64,000 nt of DNA from Alkalispirochaeta sp. (GTDB taxonomy: Bacteria > Spirochaetota > Spirochaetia > DSM-27196 > Alkalispirochaetaceae), in contig CBDESZ010000030.1 in NCBI GenBank assembly GCA_965242725.1, positions 1 to 64,000 on the forward strand, given 5' to 3'. Below, in pieces: positions 43,769-54,165 of the stretch (positions are counted from its first letter, which is position 1; each line of letters opens with the position of its first letter). Below the pieces are notes generated by a model that saw nothing but the letters and a program-made list of their open reading frames with translations, did no database searches and was not told the origin of the DNA. The translations under genes and the position numbers were made by a program.

Positions 43769-44881
43769 GTGAAGCCCTTGGAGAAGCGTGTCGCCGGTGA
43801 GTGGTTTGAGGTGAAAGAGCGGTTGCATCGCCCCGAGGCGCTCTATGGCTATTTCAGGGAGATCGAGAAGAACGAACGCCGGCGGGAGCGGCAGGTGAGT
43901 GTTTTTGGGGAGGCGGCGGCGGCGCTGGAGTCCGCCGTCGAGGGGGGCGTGTTTGAGGTCCGCCGCCGCCTCATCACCGACATCCTTGGTGAGCTCGCCG
44001 AGGCGGAGTACTCAAGCGAGGTGTTTGGACGCCTCCATGAGCTCTCCTGCGAGGCTTCCGCACTGGTCGTGGTTACCGCCCTTGAGCACGCCCTGTTGCG
44101 GGGGGATTTGGCCTTTGAGGAGGGGACGGGCGAGGCGGAACCGTCAGGTTCAACAGAAAAAACAGAGGCGGAAAATGCGCAGATCAAGGACATCATTGCG
44201 GATATCAGGGAGATTGTCGCAAGCGATCCGAGCGCCAAAATGAATCAGGCGATCAAGAATATTCTCCTCCAGGCGCGGAAGTACCGCGATGAGGCGGCGA
44301 CCTTTAAGAAGCTCAGGGAACAGGCGTCTGATTATCGACTGGAGATGTACACCAAGACCTTTTCGGCGACCTTTCAGCAGATATTTGACAGTATTCGTCG
44401 CAATTACGGCAGCTATTTAGAGGAACGGGAGGAGGAGCTGCGACGGGAACGGGGCGACGAGGCGTCGCCTCTGGCGGGTCTGGAAACGCGGCCGTGGGTA
44501 CGTGCGACGGCGGAGGCCCTTGAGGATGCGAGCAGGCTGCGGGCGACCGTCGCCTTTGCTTCGGAGGAGCACAGCGGCATGCGCAGTGTTCTCGTCGCCC
44601 TCGCCCGGGAACGGGACCGCCTGCTTGAGCAGATTGAGAGTGAACGGGAGATCGCGGAAGGCGTCTGCCGCGACGCCTCGGGGGGAGACTCGGTGGAGGG
44701 CACAGCGGATGACGGGAGCGACGGCGGCAGAAGCGACGGTTCTGAGGATGGTAACAACACCGGAGGCGCTGAAAACAGTGGCGCGGGACGCTCCCGGGAC
44801 GGATCGGCGCAGGCAAAAAAACTTGCCCGCCTGATGTCCCTGGAGATAGCGGCGCGGTTGAAGAGATGGATTGAGACGTAA
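43769..44881 (+). CDS. Hypothetical helical/coiled-coil protein
   Basis: 370-aa ORF filling the gap, charged helical composition; TATTCT 6 nt before GTG. Confidence 0.7.
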   Translation: MKPLEKRVAGEWFEVKERLHRPEALYGYFREIEKNERRRERQVSVFGEAAAALESAVEGGVFEVRRRLITDILGELAEAEYSSEVFGRLHELSCEASALVVVTALEHALLRGDLAFEEGTGEAEPSGSTEKTEAENAQIKDIIADIREIVASDPSAKMNQAIKNILLQARKYRDEAATFKKLREQASDYRLEMYTKTFSATFQQIFDSIRRNYGSYLEEREEELRRERGDEASPLAGLETRPWVRATAEALEDASRLRATVAFASEEHSGMRSVLVALARERDRLLEQIESEREIAEGVCRDASGGDSVEGTADDGSDGGRSDGSEDGNNTGGAENSGAGRSRDGSAQAKKLARLMSLEIAARLKRWIET

Positions 44882-44886
44882 CGTCC

Positions 44887-46038
44887 CTACGTCAAATCCT
44901 CATATCCTTTTTCATGGAGCGCCTCCACCGCGTCTCTGACGTGCTGGCCGCTGCCGCGGCGGGCGACGAGGACACGACCGTTTTTTACCACCACCATGAG
45001 ATCTTCCACGCCGCAGAGTACGACGGGGATTTCCGAGTAGACGTAGTTGTCTCCGCTCTCAACGGCGACCACCGGTGGACGGGGACGGCCGTCCCGGGGC
45101 GCGTAGGAGTTGTCTCCCTTACGGCCGACGACGCCGTCGGCGGTGAGCTGCGCCATTTCATCCCAGCTGCCGACGTCATTCCAGTGAAAATGCGTTTCGA
45201 TCATTGCGCCCTTGCGGGAGCGCTCCATGACGGCATAGTCGATGGAGATCTTCGGAAGGCTGTGATAGAGCTGGGCGAGATAGCTTGAGTGCCACGCGAC
45301 GGTGATACCTTCACGGTTGAGCTCGGGAAGGGCGATGCGGCGCTGCTCGTAGGGCAGCTCGTCGATCTCCGCGAAGGCCGTCGTAATTTCCGGCTGAAAT
45401 GCGGTGAGCTCGCCCCAGAGGTCGCTGTTACGAAAGACGAACATTCCGCTGTTCCAGAAGAAGCTGCCGGCCGCGAGGTACGTCGCCGCCGTCTCGGCGT
45501 CCGGTTTTTCCCGGAACGAAACCACACGCCGCCCCTTTTCTTCCGGTTCTCCCGCCTCGATATATCCATATCCCGTTTCCGGTCTTGTTGGATTGATACC
45601 GAAGGTCACAATGTGTCCCTTTTTCGCAAGTTCCGCCGCAGCCCCGACGTCGGTGACGAATTGCGCCACCGGTGTAATGAGATGGTCCGAAGCGAGGACC
45701 AGCGACGTCTCGTCGGCGGCCCCGCTGTCCCGGAGGTATGCGACGGCAAATCCGAGGGCCGGTGCGGTGTTGCGCATTTCCGGCTCCGGCAGGATGACGA
45801 TACGCTCCCTGATGGCACCCAGTTTGAGGCAGTCATCGAGTACGAGGTCCATCTGGGAGTGGTGGGTGACGATGACGATCGTCGCCCTGGGGGCCGTCTC
45901 GGCGGCCCGCTGAACGGTCATCTGGAGCAGGGAGCGTCCCGTTCCGGGATCAAAGAACTGTTTGGGTCGCCGACCGACGGAGGCGGGCCACAGGCGCGTT
46001 CCCGATCCACCGGCCAATATGATTACGTTATCTACCAT
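44887..46038 (-). CDS. manC: Mannose-1-phosphate guanylyltransferase (no PMI domain)
   Basis: ILAGGSGTRLWP, PKQF, RNTAPA, PETGYGYI, FREKP, WNSGMF, SIDYAVME, WNDVGSW; start at MVDNV. Confidence 0.92.
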   Translation of the reverse strand: MVDNVIILAGGSGTRLWPASVGRRPKQFFDPGTGRSLLQMTVQRAAETAPRATIVIVTHHSQMDLVLDDCLKLGAIRERIVILPEPEMRNTAPALGFAVAYLRDSGAADETSLVLASDHLITPVAQFVTDVGAAAELAKKGHIVTFGINPTRPETGYGYIEAGEPEEKGRRVVSFREKPDAETAATYLAAGSFFWNSGMFVFRNSDLWGELTAFQPEITTAFAEIDELPYEQRRIALPELNREGITVAWHSSYLAQLYHSLPKISIDYAVMERSRKGAMIETHFHWNDVGSWDEMAQLTADGVVGRKGDNSYAPRDGRPRPPVVAVESGDNYVYSEIPVVLCGVEDLMVVVKNGRVLVARRGSGQHVRDAVEALHEKGYEDLT

Positions 46039-46098
46039 CACCGCCAATATATCCGTTTTTTCATTGACCGCCAACGATGGGACTTTTAGAATGGTCCT

Positions 46099-47208
46099 AT
46101 GGCCGCACAATTTACACTCGCCCTGTACCCGTGGGTATACGTGGCACATTTCAACGGGTCTCCCGCCAACGGTGAAGAGGCGTGGGACTACGAGTTCAAA
46201 GAGCAGGAGCATATGACGCCGGCCGAAGAGGCGGCGCTCCCGGAAGACGAGCGGAAGAACCTTCTTGCACGTCGCAATTCCATCGCCGGATTGCCCCTGG
46301 TCAATTACACCACCCAGTACGGGTATGGCTGTTTTGAGGGGCTCAAGGCGTTTCCGCAGAAAGACGGTTCCCTCAGGATGTTCCGCCCCGACCAGAACGG
46401 CGAGCGCATGTACCGTTCCATGAAGGGATTGAAAATGCCGCCCTTCCCGGTTGAGATGTTTATTGAGGCGGTCATGGGCGTTGTAAGACGGAACAAGAAG
46501 CTCGGCTTTGCCCCGGAGTACGACGCCGCGTGGGAGAAAGACAACTTTCTCACCGCCCGGTCGGTGTATTTGCGCCCCTTTTCCTATTCAGAGCCGGGAA
46601 TCGGTCTTAATCTGAGCCACGAGCCCTATGTGGTCGTCATTTCCACACCGGTGGGCAGCTATTTTGACCTCGACGCCGACAGCAAGGCGACGACGACCAC
46701 CAAGATTCGCGCCACCAAGGGCGGGACGGGGTGGATCAAGTGCGACGCCAATTACGTGATTCCCACGATGGAAAAACACGCAATGATGGATCTCGGCTAT
46801 ATGGAGACGGTATTTCTGGACGCGGCGACGCAGTCCTATGTGGAAGAGGGTTCCTCGAGTAACATCTTCTTTCTCATGAGCGACGGCACCCTGGTTACCC
46901 CCAGCCTTGAGGACACCATCCTCCCCGGCATTACCCGCAGCAGCGTTATTCAGCTCGCCAAAGACCGGCACGTCACCGTTGAAGAACGGCGCGTGACGAT
47001 TCAGGAGGTGATGGATGATGCGATGGAAGCCTTTGTGACCGGAACCGCCGCAGGCCTTTCCTATCTGGAGTCACTGACGCACAAAGGGAAGGAACGGGTC
47101 TTCCGGGAACGTAAGATCGGTGAGCTGACCCGGGATATTCTGCATGAACTCAAGGGCATTCAGTACGGTGCGGTGGAAGACCGGCACGGCTGGATGTTTG
47201 AGGTTTAG
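46099..47208 (+). CDS. ilvE: Branched-chain amino acid aminotransferase
   Basis: YGYGCFEGLKAF, FRPDQN..RM, YLRP, EEGSSSNIF, ILPGITR, EAFVTGTAA. Confidence 0.9.
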   Translation: MAAQFTLALYPWVYVAHFNGSPANGEEAWDYEFKEQEHMTPAEEAALPEDERKNLLARRNSIAGLPLVNYTTQYGYGCFEGLKAFPQKDGSLRMFRPDQNGERMYRSMKGLKMPPFPVEMFIEAVMGVVRRNKKLGFAPEYDAAWEKDNFLTARSVYLRPFSYSEPGIGLNLSHEPYVVVISTPVGSYFDLDADSKATTTTKIRATKGGTGWIKCDANYVIPTMEKHAMMDLGYMETVFLDAATQSYVEEGSSSNIFFLMSDGTLVTPSLEDTILPGITRSSVIQLAKDRHVTVEERRVTIQEVMDDAMEAFVTGTAAGLSYLESLTHKGKERVFRERKIGELTRDILHELKGIQYGAVEDRHGWMFEV

Positions 47209-47221
47209 GTACCGGAAGCAC

Positions 47222-50200
47222 CTACCAGAGGTCCTGTTCCGGATCTCTGGGTATTTCCACGTATATCTGAGGCTGAAAGCCTTCTTCTTCGGGATAGAGT
47301 ATTTCCCTGATATTGAGAAAGGCGAGATCCGTCGCCAGCGCCCGCTCCCCCGTCTCTGAATCTCTGAGGTAGTTTCCCGACAGTTCCGTGGAGCGCTGCA
47401 GATTGGTCAGCGCCTCCGAGAGGTAGGGGTTGCCGTCGGGACCGACCGATGTGGTCTCGCCCATGCGGTACTGTGCAATTCCCAGGTTGTTGGATACCCG
47501 CACCATGTTTTCTATAAGGGCCCGGTGTGAGGTATCTTCTTCCACGAGGAGTGTGTTGATCCGGGCGCGCTGCTGGTTGAGGCGATCCATCAGTTCCGCA
47601 TAGAGCGCCTCCGCGGCGATATAGTTTCCCCGCTGGTAGAGGGCATTTGCCCGGGCGTATATGACGTTGTTGTTGTAGCTGAAGATCTCACTGATGGATC
47701 CGATTGAAAAGAAGAGCTCCGTCGCCCGCTCATAGTTTTCATCACGGTAGTGGACGTACCCCCGCTTGTATTGAACCTCGTCGGTTACGTACCCGTCGGC
47801 GACGGCATCGTTGTATCGGGAGAGCGCCCGCTCATAGTCCCGACCGTGATAGTAGTAGATGTCGCCTAGACGGGAGTAGACCCGGGCAAGCTCCCCATCC
47901 TCGGAGAGGAACGCCGCCTCCTTTGCCCCTTCATAGCGGCGCAGTGCCTCGTCGAAGTCCTCCTGAGCGTTGAGGATCTCCTCCATGCGGTACCAGTATT
48001 CGCCGCGCATGATGTAGGTATCGATCTGTTTTCTCAGACGCCGCTGGGAAAGCGGTTCCGCCTCGCTGAATGCGGCGACAGCGTTATCAAGGGCGGTTTT
48101 CTCTTCCTGTGGACTGGTTGTTCGCCTGTTGTAGCGCGCAAGTTCGTAATGAATTTCCGGAACGAGAGGATCCTCGTCGTATGCACGGAAGAGCATGTCC
48201 CGGATGCCGGCGATGCGACCGCGATCGAGGAGGTACCCCGCAGCTTCAGCATAGATTTGCGGGTCTATCGCTGCCTCCGGTGAGACTTCTTCAAAGACGT
48301 TGACCAGTTGTTCCACCTGTCGCTCGTTGTCGGTCCTGATGAAGTAACGGAGGAATCGCATGAGAACTTCATCGGTGTCGCCGTGCCGGTTGAGGAGCGT
48401 TGCGTAGGCGAGACGGGCGCGTTCGTAGTATTCCCCGTTTTCCTCGGCCCAGCGCATATAATTGTCTCCCCGCCCGAGGAGCGCCTCGTAATCGTACTCG
48501 TCGGCGAAGAGGAGGATCGAGTAGAGTTCGTCCGCCCGGCGGTAATTTGCAAGGACCTCAGACTGCAGCGCCGCGTGGTCCAGTATGGCCGGCTTGTGGA
48601 CGTTGAGGACATCAAAGAACTGCAGTCGCCTGTTCCGGTCGTCTATCGCCCGGCTGACGCCGAGGTCACCATTCCGCACGATTTCAATGAGCCGCTCCCG
48701 CCGCTCTGGGGCCATTCCGAAGACGAGTTGATCGTATTTTTCTACCGCCAGCTGATACTGGTACTTCCGCTCGTAGAGCCGGGCGTACCGCAGGAACCAC
48801 TCGTCCCGTCGACGAAGGTCGTAAGCCCGTCGAAATGTGTCGTTTGCCTCTTCATAGCGGTCGTTTTCCGCCTGCTCATAGCCCTGTCGGTAGAGGATTG
48901 CCGCATGGACCGGCTGATATATGAAGCGGTATGCCAGGAATCCGACAACCGCGGCGATGACGGTTACAATGGCTATTGTACGCAGTGCCGGCAGGATGAC
49001 GTGGCGCAGCCGAAAGGCGAAGGTCCGCCGCTCTTCTTCAAAGGCGAGCCCCGTCCGCTTCTGATAACCCTTGGGTACGGTGATCCGGGTGTCCAGCATT
49101 TTGGACAGCTGGTCGGCAACCGCCTGGGGAGCGGCCCCTGCGATGAGAAGGTCGATGAGGGCATCAATCTCCTCGGGAGAACCCTTTCCGTGACCGACGG
49201 CCTCTTCCGCAGCGATTTTTACGTTGAGGGGGAGTGTTCCCAGGGTCTGCTGGATGTGGGTGAATTCCGTGTCCGACAGCTCCCGTTCCCGGGGAACTCC
49301 CGCCTCTTCCGGTACCGCCGTGGCTTCCTCAACCTCTTCGCCACCCTCGTCCAGGCCCGCGGTGTCCACTTCCAATCCGGCAAAATCGTCTATCGACTCG
49401 TCGGTGATTTCAAATTCTTCTCCAAAATCACCGAGGCTGAAGCCCTCTTCATCGAGAGATTCAAGGTCTTCGTCTACTTCCGGTATTTCAAATGAGTCGT
49501 CCAGCCCTGCCAGTGCGTCTTCGCCGCCGGCCACATCGTCTATATCAATGTCGCCGAAATCGGCATCGACCTTTTCACCGAAGTCTGCGCCGAATATGTC
49601 ATCTTCCGTTTCTTCCGGCTCTTCAGGCTCTTCTTCCTCTTCTATTTCTCCGGTGTAACCCGCGTCGACCGCGCGGGCGAAATCCTCCTCCGCCAGCTCT
49701 TCTACTTCCGAGAAGTCTTCCGCCTCTTCATATTCGCCCTCTTCCGGCGTCTGGTCGGAGAACTCGTCTACTTCATCGAGCCGTCCGAACTCTTCAGAGC
49801 CGTCCAGGTTATCGAGGTCGGGAAGTTCCTCGGCTGCTTCGAAATCGTCCGCGGCTTCAGGCACACCCTCGGAATCTTCATCGGTTTCGGGTTCGGGTTC
49901 GCCGAAATCTTCATCGCCGATGTCATCAAAATCGGGCGGAAGGAACGCTTCTTCGTCCTCCCCTTCTTCGTCCTCCCCTTCTTCGTCGCCTGCTGAAGGT
50001 TCAGACGGTCCTTCCGGCTCAGCGGTGGATTCCGCCGCCCAATCCTCGGTTTCCGGGAAATCGCCCAGGTCTGCCAGGTCATCAAGGTCGTCCAGATTGT
50101 CAAAGTCATCAAATGCAAAATCGTCGGACTCGGGCTCTTCGGTTTCCGGGACACCACTCTCCGGCTCCTCCGCGGGCGCTTCCTCGTCCGTTCCCGATTC

Positions 50201-50599
50201 GGAGGGTTCTCCCGCAAGCTCGTCCTCCGCCGTCCCTGAATCACCCCACTCGTCGGGCGTCTCCTCTGAGGAGAAATCGGAGGGAAAGGGAATATCGTCG
50301 CCGCCGAGATCCAGTCCGGCAAAGGGGTCATCCTCTTCGGAAGAGGGGGCTTCCTCTTCTTCCGGCGTCTCCTCTTCATCAAATACGGAATCGAGATTGG
50401 AGAGGAGTGCGGCGGTGTCGGAAAGGGACTCACTGTCCTCTTCCGCTTCGTCAAGAAGGGCGGAAAGATCATCATCGATGGTACTGTCGGGACGCGGCGG
50501 CGGCTCGACGATCTCACCCCGTTGGGCTGCTACCGCCGGCTCGTCGCCGAGATACGAGAGTTGCTGATGCAGTTGTTCAATACGTTCCGTTGACGGCAT
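47222..50599 (-). CDS. flcA: Periplasmic flagellar collar protein FlcA-like (acidic N-terminus, one TM, TPR repeats)
   Basis: MPS...LGDEP start, ~400-aa D/E-rich tract, LPLNVKIAAEE, TM, TPRs; architecture and neighbourhood as recalled for spirochaete FlcA. Confidence 0.7.
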   Translation of the reverse strand: MPSTERIEQLHQQLSYLGDEPAVAAQRGEIVEPPPRPDSTIDDDLSALLDEAEEDSESLSDTAALLSNLDSVFDEEETPEEEEAPSSEEDDPFAGLDLGGDDIPFPSDFSSEETPDEWGDSGTAEDELAGEPSESGTDEEAPAEEPESGVPETEEPESDDFAFDDFDNLDDLDDLADLGDFPETEDWAAESTAEPEGPSEPSAGDEEGEDEEGEDEEAFLPPDFDDIGDEDFGEPEPETDEDSEGVPEAADDFEAAEELPDLDNLDGSEEFGRLDEVDEFSDQTPEEGEYEEAEDFSEVEELAEEDFARAVDAGYTGEIEEEEEPEEPEETEDDIFGADFGEKVDADFGDIDIDDVAGGEDALAGLDDSFEIPEVDEDLESLDEEGFSLGDFGEEFEITDESIDDFAGLEVDTAGLDEGGEEVEEATAVPEEAGVPRERELSDTEFTHIQQTLGTLPLNVKIAAEEAVGHGKGSPEEIDALIDLLIAGAAPQAVADQLSKMLDTRITVPKGYQKRTGLAFEEERRTFAFRLRHVILPALRTIAIVTVIAAVVGFLAYRFIYQPVHAAILYRQGYEQAENDRYEEANDTFRRAYDLRRRDEWFLRYARLYERKYQYQLAVEKYDQLVFGMAPERRERLIEIVRNGDLGVSRAIDDRNRRLQFFDVLNVHKPAILDHAALQSEVLANYRRADELYSILLFADEYDYEALLGRGDNYMRWAEENGEYYERARLAYATLLNRHGDTDEVLMRFLRYFIRTDNERQVEQLVNVFEEVSPEAAIDPQIYAEAAGYLLDRGRIAGIRDMLFRAYDEDPLVPEIHYELARYNRRTTSPQEEKTALDNAVAAFSEAEPLSQRRLRKQIDTYIMRGEYWYRMEEILNAQEDFDEALRRYEGAKEAAFLSEDGELARVYSRLGDIYYYHGRDYERALSRYNDAVADGYVTDEVQYKRGYVHYRDENYERATELFFSIGSISEIFSYNNNVIYARANALYQRGNYIAAEALYAELMDRLNQQRARINTLLVEEDTSHRALIENMVRVSNNLGIAQYRMGETTSVGPDGNPYLSEALTNLQRSTELSGNYLRDSETGERALATDLAFLNIREILYPEEEGFQPQIYVEIPRDPEQDLW
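49948..49987. repeat. In-frame 15-bp tandem repeat (2.7 copies; encodes DEEGE-DEEGE-DEE)
   Basis: CTTCTTCGTCCTCCC at 49948 and 49963, partial copy at 49978. Confidence 0.85.
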
Positions 50600-50676
50600 C
50601 TTTTCCTGCGTACTATGTCGGCTATTCTTGTGACGGAATCAAGCCCCATTGATCGGTTACCGATATACTGTAACAT

Positions 50677-51456
50677 ATGAGGTTATACGTGGCATCGATC
50701 TTGTGGATCCTTTTTCTCGGTGTTGCCCTTGAGGAGACGGACGCACAGGTATCGACGGACACCTTTCTTGAAGTTGCAGGAATACGTGAAGCGGGCCCGC
50801 CGCAGATCTTCAGCGACGTTGTCGTTTTTACCTATGAACAGCGGGAGTTTGCCCGCTATGTTGCCGCCGCCTTTGAACACGAGAACTTCCAGGAGTTACA
50901 TGTATTTACCGCCCGCAAGCGGGATGGGGAGCCCGATCTCTTCTACCTTTCCTATCCCATCGAAGGCCTGTCCGGCGAAATACGGTACCGGCTGATCGTG
51001 GACGGCGTATGGATACCCGATCCCAATGCGCGAAAGGTGAGCACCGATCGCCGCGGTATTTCATTGAGTACGGTTACCCTTCCGGAACCACCGGACTACC
51101 GGACGGTGTCCCCCCGGTTTCACCCTGACGGGACGGTGACATTTTCCTTTGCCTTTCACCCGAGGATCACCCCTACCCTGGAAACCGTCGACGCCCGTCA
51201 GCTGCGGGTATCGATGTTCGACAACCCGCGGGTCACCGTGGCGGGAACCTTCAACGGGTGGGATCCCTATATGCACCGGTTGAGCGGACCCGACGAGAAT
51301 GATTTTTACTCAATTCGCATTCCCGTACCGCCGGGTCCGCATTACTATTACTTTATTGTAAATGGCCGGCGCATTCTGGACCCGCTGAACGATCAACGTG
51401 GGACGGATCTTCAGACGGGAGCACTGGTATCCCGCATGTACGTCGAACGGCGTTGA
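50677..51456 (+). CDS. Exported protein with tandem CBM48/AMPK-beta-like glycogen-binding domains
   Basis: Signal peptide; YRLIVDGVWIPDP and VAGTFNGWDP...YYFIVNG..ILDPLN. Confidence 0.8.
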   Translation: MRLYVASILWILFLGVALEETDAQVSTDTFLEVAGIREAGPPQIFSDVVVFTYEQREFARYVAAAFEHENFQELHVFTARKRDGEPDLFYLSYPIEGLSGEIRYRLIVDGVWIPDPNARKVSTDRRGISLSTVTLPEPPDYRTVSPRFHPDGTVTFSFAFHPRITPTLETVDARQLRVSMFDNPRVTVAGTFNGWDPYMHRLSGPDENDFYSIRIPVPPGPHYYYFIVNGRRILDPLNDQRGTDLQTGALVSRMYVERR

Positions 51457-51479
51457 GCCGGGAGACGGGATGACGCAAT

Positions 51480-52085
51480 ATGTTTGATATAACTTTCCGC
51501 ATGAACAGACGAAGAAACGGTGCCGTCGTGCTGTCCTTCGGCATCGCCTTTCGCATCGTCTTTGCGGCCCTTGTCATTGTTTTCGGGTGGGGTATTGCAG
51601 ATCGCATGGTCAACGGCGAACCCCTGCCGATTCTTTCGGTCGTTCTTCTTGTCGTCGTCCTGCTTGGCGCGCTCTACGAAGAACGGTGGATCTTCGATCC
51701 GTCCTCTCAGACGGTGTCAAATCGTCAGGGCCTCATCGTCCTTTCCCGACGACGCAGCTGGAATTTCCACGAGATAGACTCAATCGAATACACGACCTAT
51801 CGCGTCGGTTCAAATCCCCGCACCGCGTCGGAGGATTCAGGGAACCATGGCGATGACGGCGGACGCCGCTCCCGGGGCGGGGAAGAGGACGGTACAGCTC
51901 CCGGGAGATTCGGCAATCTCGACGCCCTCTCAAGGCGGCGCTTTTTCCGCTACAGCATCATTCTGACGGACGGAAGTTCGATCCGAATTGAACTGCGCCG
52001 GGTCCGACGATGGCCTGAGGAAAAACGGATAGCCGAGGAGATTGCCCGTACCCTCGGCGTACCCCTCTCCTTTACTTCTCTGTGA
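51480..52085 (+). CDS. Hypothetical membrane protein (2 TM + PH-like C-terminus)
   Basis: Two hydrophobic helices, then W.FD....V...G pattern. Confidence 0.7.
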   Translation: MFDITFRMNRRRNGAVVLSFGIAFRIVFAALVIVFGWGIADRMVNGEPLPILSVVLLVVVLLGALYEERWIFDPSSQTVSNRQGLIVLSRRRSWNFHEIDSIEYTTYRVGSNPRTASEDSGNHGDDGGRRSRGGEEDGTAPGRFGNLDALSRRRFFRYSIILTDGSSIRIELRRVRRWPEEKRIAEEIARTLGVPLSFTSL

Positions 52086-53133
52086 CGTTGCGAACCGTGT
52101 TTTCCGGCGTGGCGTCAAAGTAGAGAAAACATGCAGTCTGATGATCTTCCCTGACATCCCGCAATCGCGGAATGTTTCCCGCGCAGATGTCCATTCTCTT
52201 GGGACAGCGATCGTAAAAGTAACAGCCCGTCCGCTCCTTGTCCGGCGAGGGGACGTCACCGGTGAGGATGATCCGTTGACGCCGGCTTTCCACCTCCGGG
52301 TCCGGTATCGGAATTGCCGAAAGCAGGGCCTGGGTGTACGGATGGAGCGGCTCCTCGTAAAGCTTTTCGGAGTCGGCCACTTCGACGATCACCCCGAGAT
52401 ACATCACCGCAACACGGTCGCTTATGTACTTGATGACCGCCAGATCGTGGGCGATGAACAGATAGGTAAGGTGAAACTCTTTCTGCAGATCCCGCAGGAG
52501 ATTCAGGATCTGTGACTGTATCGAAACGTCCAGGGCGCTCACCGGCTCATCGGCAAGGATGAGTTGCGGATTGAGCGCAAGGGCGCGGGCGATTCCGATT
52601 CTTTGGCGTTGTCCGCCCGAGAACTCATGGGGATACCGGTTCTTGAAGCGCTTGTTCAGTCCAACCTTCTCCATCAATTCCTCAACCCTGGCATCGATCT
52701 CGGTGCGGGACATTTGCATGAGCTTCCGGTTGACGAAAATCTGCATCGGTTCCGCGATGATGTCACGGACGGTCATGCGGGGATTGAGGGACGCGTAGGG
52801 ATCCTGAAAGACCATTTGCACATCTTTGCGGTACTTCAGGAGCTCGTGTGGCCGCGCCTTGGTCAGGTCCTTGCCGTTGAGATAGATTTCTCCGTCCGTT
52901 GCGGGATAGAGCTGCGCAATCGCCCGGGCCGTGGTGGATTTTCCACAGCCCGATTCTCCGACAAGACCAAGGGTCTCACCTTTCCGAATGGAAAAGTTGA
53001 CGCCGTCCACGGCCCGGATGTATCCGGTTGTCCGTTTCAGGATTACACCCTCTTCGATGGGAAAATGAAGTTTGAGATTCTTAACGTCGAGTAGCGTATC
53101 GTTGGTATCGGTCTTCTTATCGCTGTCAGGCAC
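52072..53133 (-). CDS. oppF: Oligopeptide ABC transporter ATPase
   Basis: [38 protein letters not shown]. Confidence 0.95.
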   Translation of the reverse strand: MPDSDKKTDTNDTLLDVKNLKLHFPIEEGVILKRTTGYIRAVDGVNFSIRKGETLGLVGESGCGKSTTARAIAQLYPATDGEIYLNGKDLTKARPHELLKYRKDVQMVFQDPYASLNPRMTVRDIIAEPMQIFVNRKLMQMSRTEIDARVEELMEKVGLNKRFKNRYPHEFSGGQRQRIGIARALALNPQLILADEPVSALDVSIQSQILNLLRDLQKEFHLTYLFIAHDLAVIKYISDRVAVMYLGVIVEVADSEKLYEEPLHPYTQALLSAIPIPDPEVESRRQRIILTGDVPSPDKERTGCYFYDRCPKRMDICAGNIPRLRDVREDHQTACFLYFDATPENTVRNVTEK

Positions 53134-54142
53134 CTGCGGCCTCCTTGTTGTCCCGTTCCTTGTATAACCAGCAGCTCACCGACCGCGATTCGCTCAGCTT
53201 TTCCGCAGCGGGATATTGTCTCTTGCATATATCCATGGCGTGCTCACACCGCGGATAAAAAGGGCACGCGTCGGGCAGATCGATCAGGCTGGGGGGTTGT
53301 CCCGTGATGGAAAACAACCGGTCCTGATGAACCTGATCAAGACGCGGCACCGACCGTATCAAGCCCTTTGTATATGGATGTTTGGGATCCTTGAACAGTT
53401 CCCGGGCGTTACCCTTCTCAACGATCTTCCCCGCATACATAACGACGACGTTGTCGCACATTCCCGCAACGACACCAAGATCGTGGGTGATCATGATCAC
53501 CGCCGTTCCCAGTTCGTCGGCGAGGCGTTTTATGATTTCCAGAATCTGGGCTTGAATGGTCACATCCAGGGCGGTGGTCGGTTCATCGGCGATGAGGACA
53601 TCGGGATTGCAGCTCAATGCCATGGCAATCATGACGCGCTGACGCATTCCGCCGGAGAACTGATGTGGATAGTTGGTTATTCGTTTTTCCGGTTTGGGGA
53701 TTCCCACCATGGAGAGCATTTCAACCGCTTTGGTTCGGGCTTCCCGTTTTCCCAGTCCCTGATGGAGACGGATCGTCTCTTCAAGCTGTGTTGAGACGCG
53801 CAGGAAGGGATTCAACGATGTCATGGGGTCCTGGAATATCATCGAGATCTTGTTGCCCCGGATGTTTCTCATCTCCCGGTCCGGGATCTCAAGGAGGTCC
53901 GTACCGTTGAATTTCACCTTCCCTCCCACAATTCTTCCGGGAGGTGTCGGAATGAGACGCATCAGGGAAAGGTTGGTGACCGATTTCCCCGATCCCGATT
54001 CACCGACGATTCCGAGGGTCTCACCTTTGTGAAGATTGAAGGAGACGTCGTCCACAGCCTTTACCACCCCATCATCGGTCTTGAAATGGGTACGGAGGTT
54101 TTCCACCTGCAATATCGGATCGGCCAGTATTTTTTCACTCAT
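53126..54142 (-). CDS. oppD: Oligopeptide ABC transporter ATPase
   Basis: GESGSGKS, FQDPMTSLNP, FSGGMRQR, DEPTTALD. Confidence 0.95.
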   Translation of the reverse strand: MSEKILADPILQVENLRTHFKTDDGVVKAVDDVSFNLHKGETLGIVGESGSGKSVTNLSLMRLIPTPPGRIVGGKVKFNGTDLLEIPDREMRNIRGNKISMIFQDPMTSLNPFLRVSTQLEETIRLHQGLGKREARTKAVEMLSMVGIPKPEKRITNYPHQFSGGMRQRVMIAMALSCNPDVLIADEPTTALDVTIQAQILEIIKRLADELGTAVIMITHDLGVVAGMCDNVVVMYAGKIVEKGNARELFKDPKHPYTKGLIRSVPRLDQVHQDRLFSITGQPPSLIDLPDACPFYPRCEHAMDICKRQYPAAEKLSESRSVSCWLYKERDNKEAAGA

Positions 54143-54165
54143 ATCGTGTGTAACTCCATAAAGAA

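Noticed and set aside
46039..46212. ORF-track N-terminal extensions of manC (also oppA, oppB, proS, trxA, acyP and the Crp gene at 31350)
   Set aside because: The extensions overlap neighbouring genes or promoters; family homology begins at the downstream starts reported.
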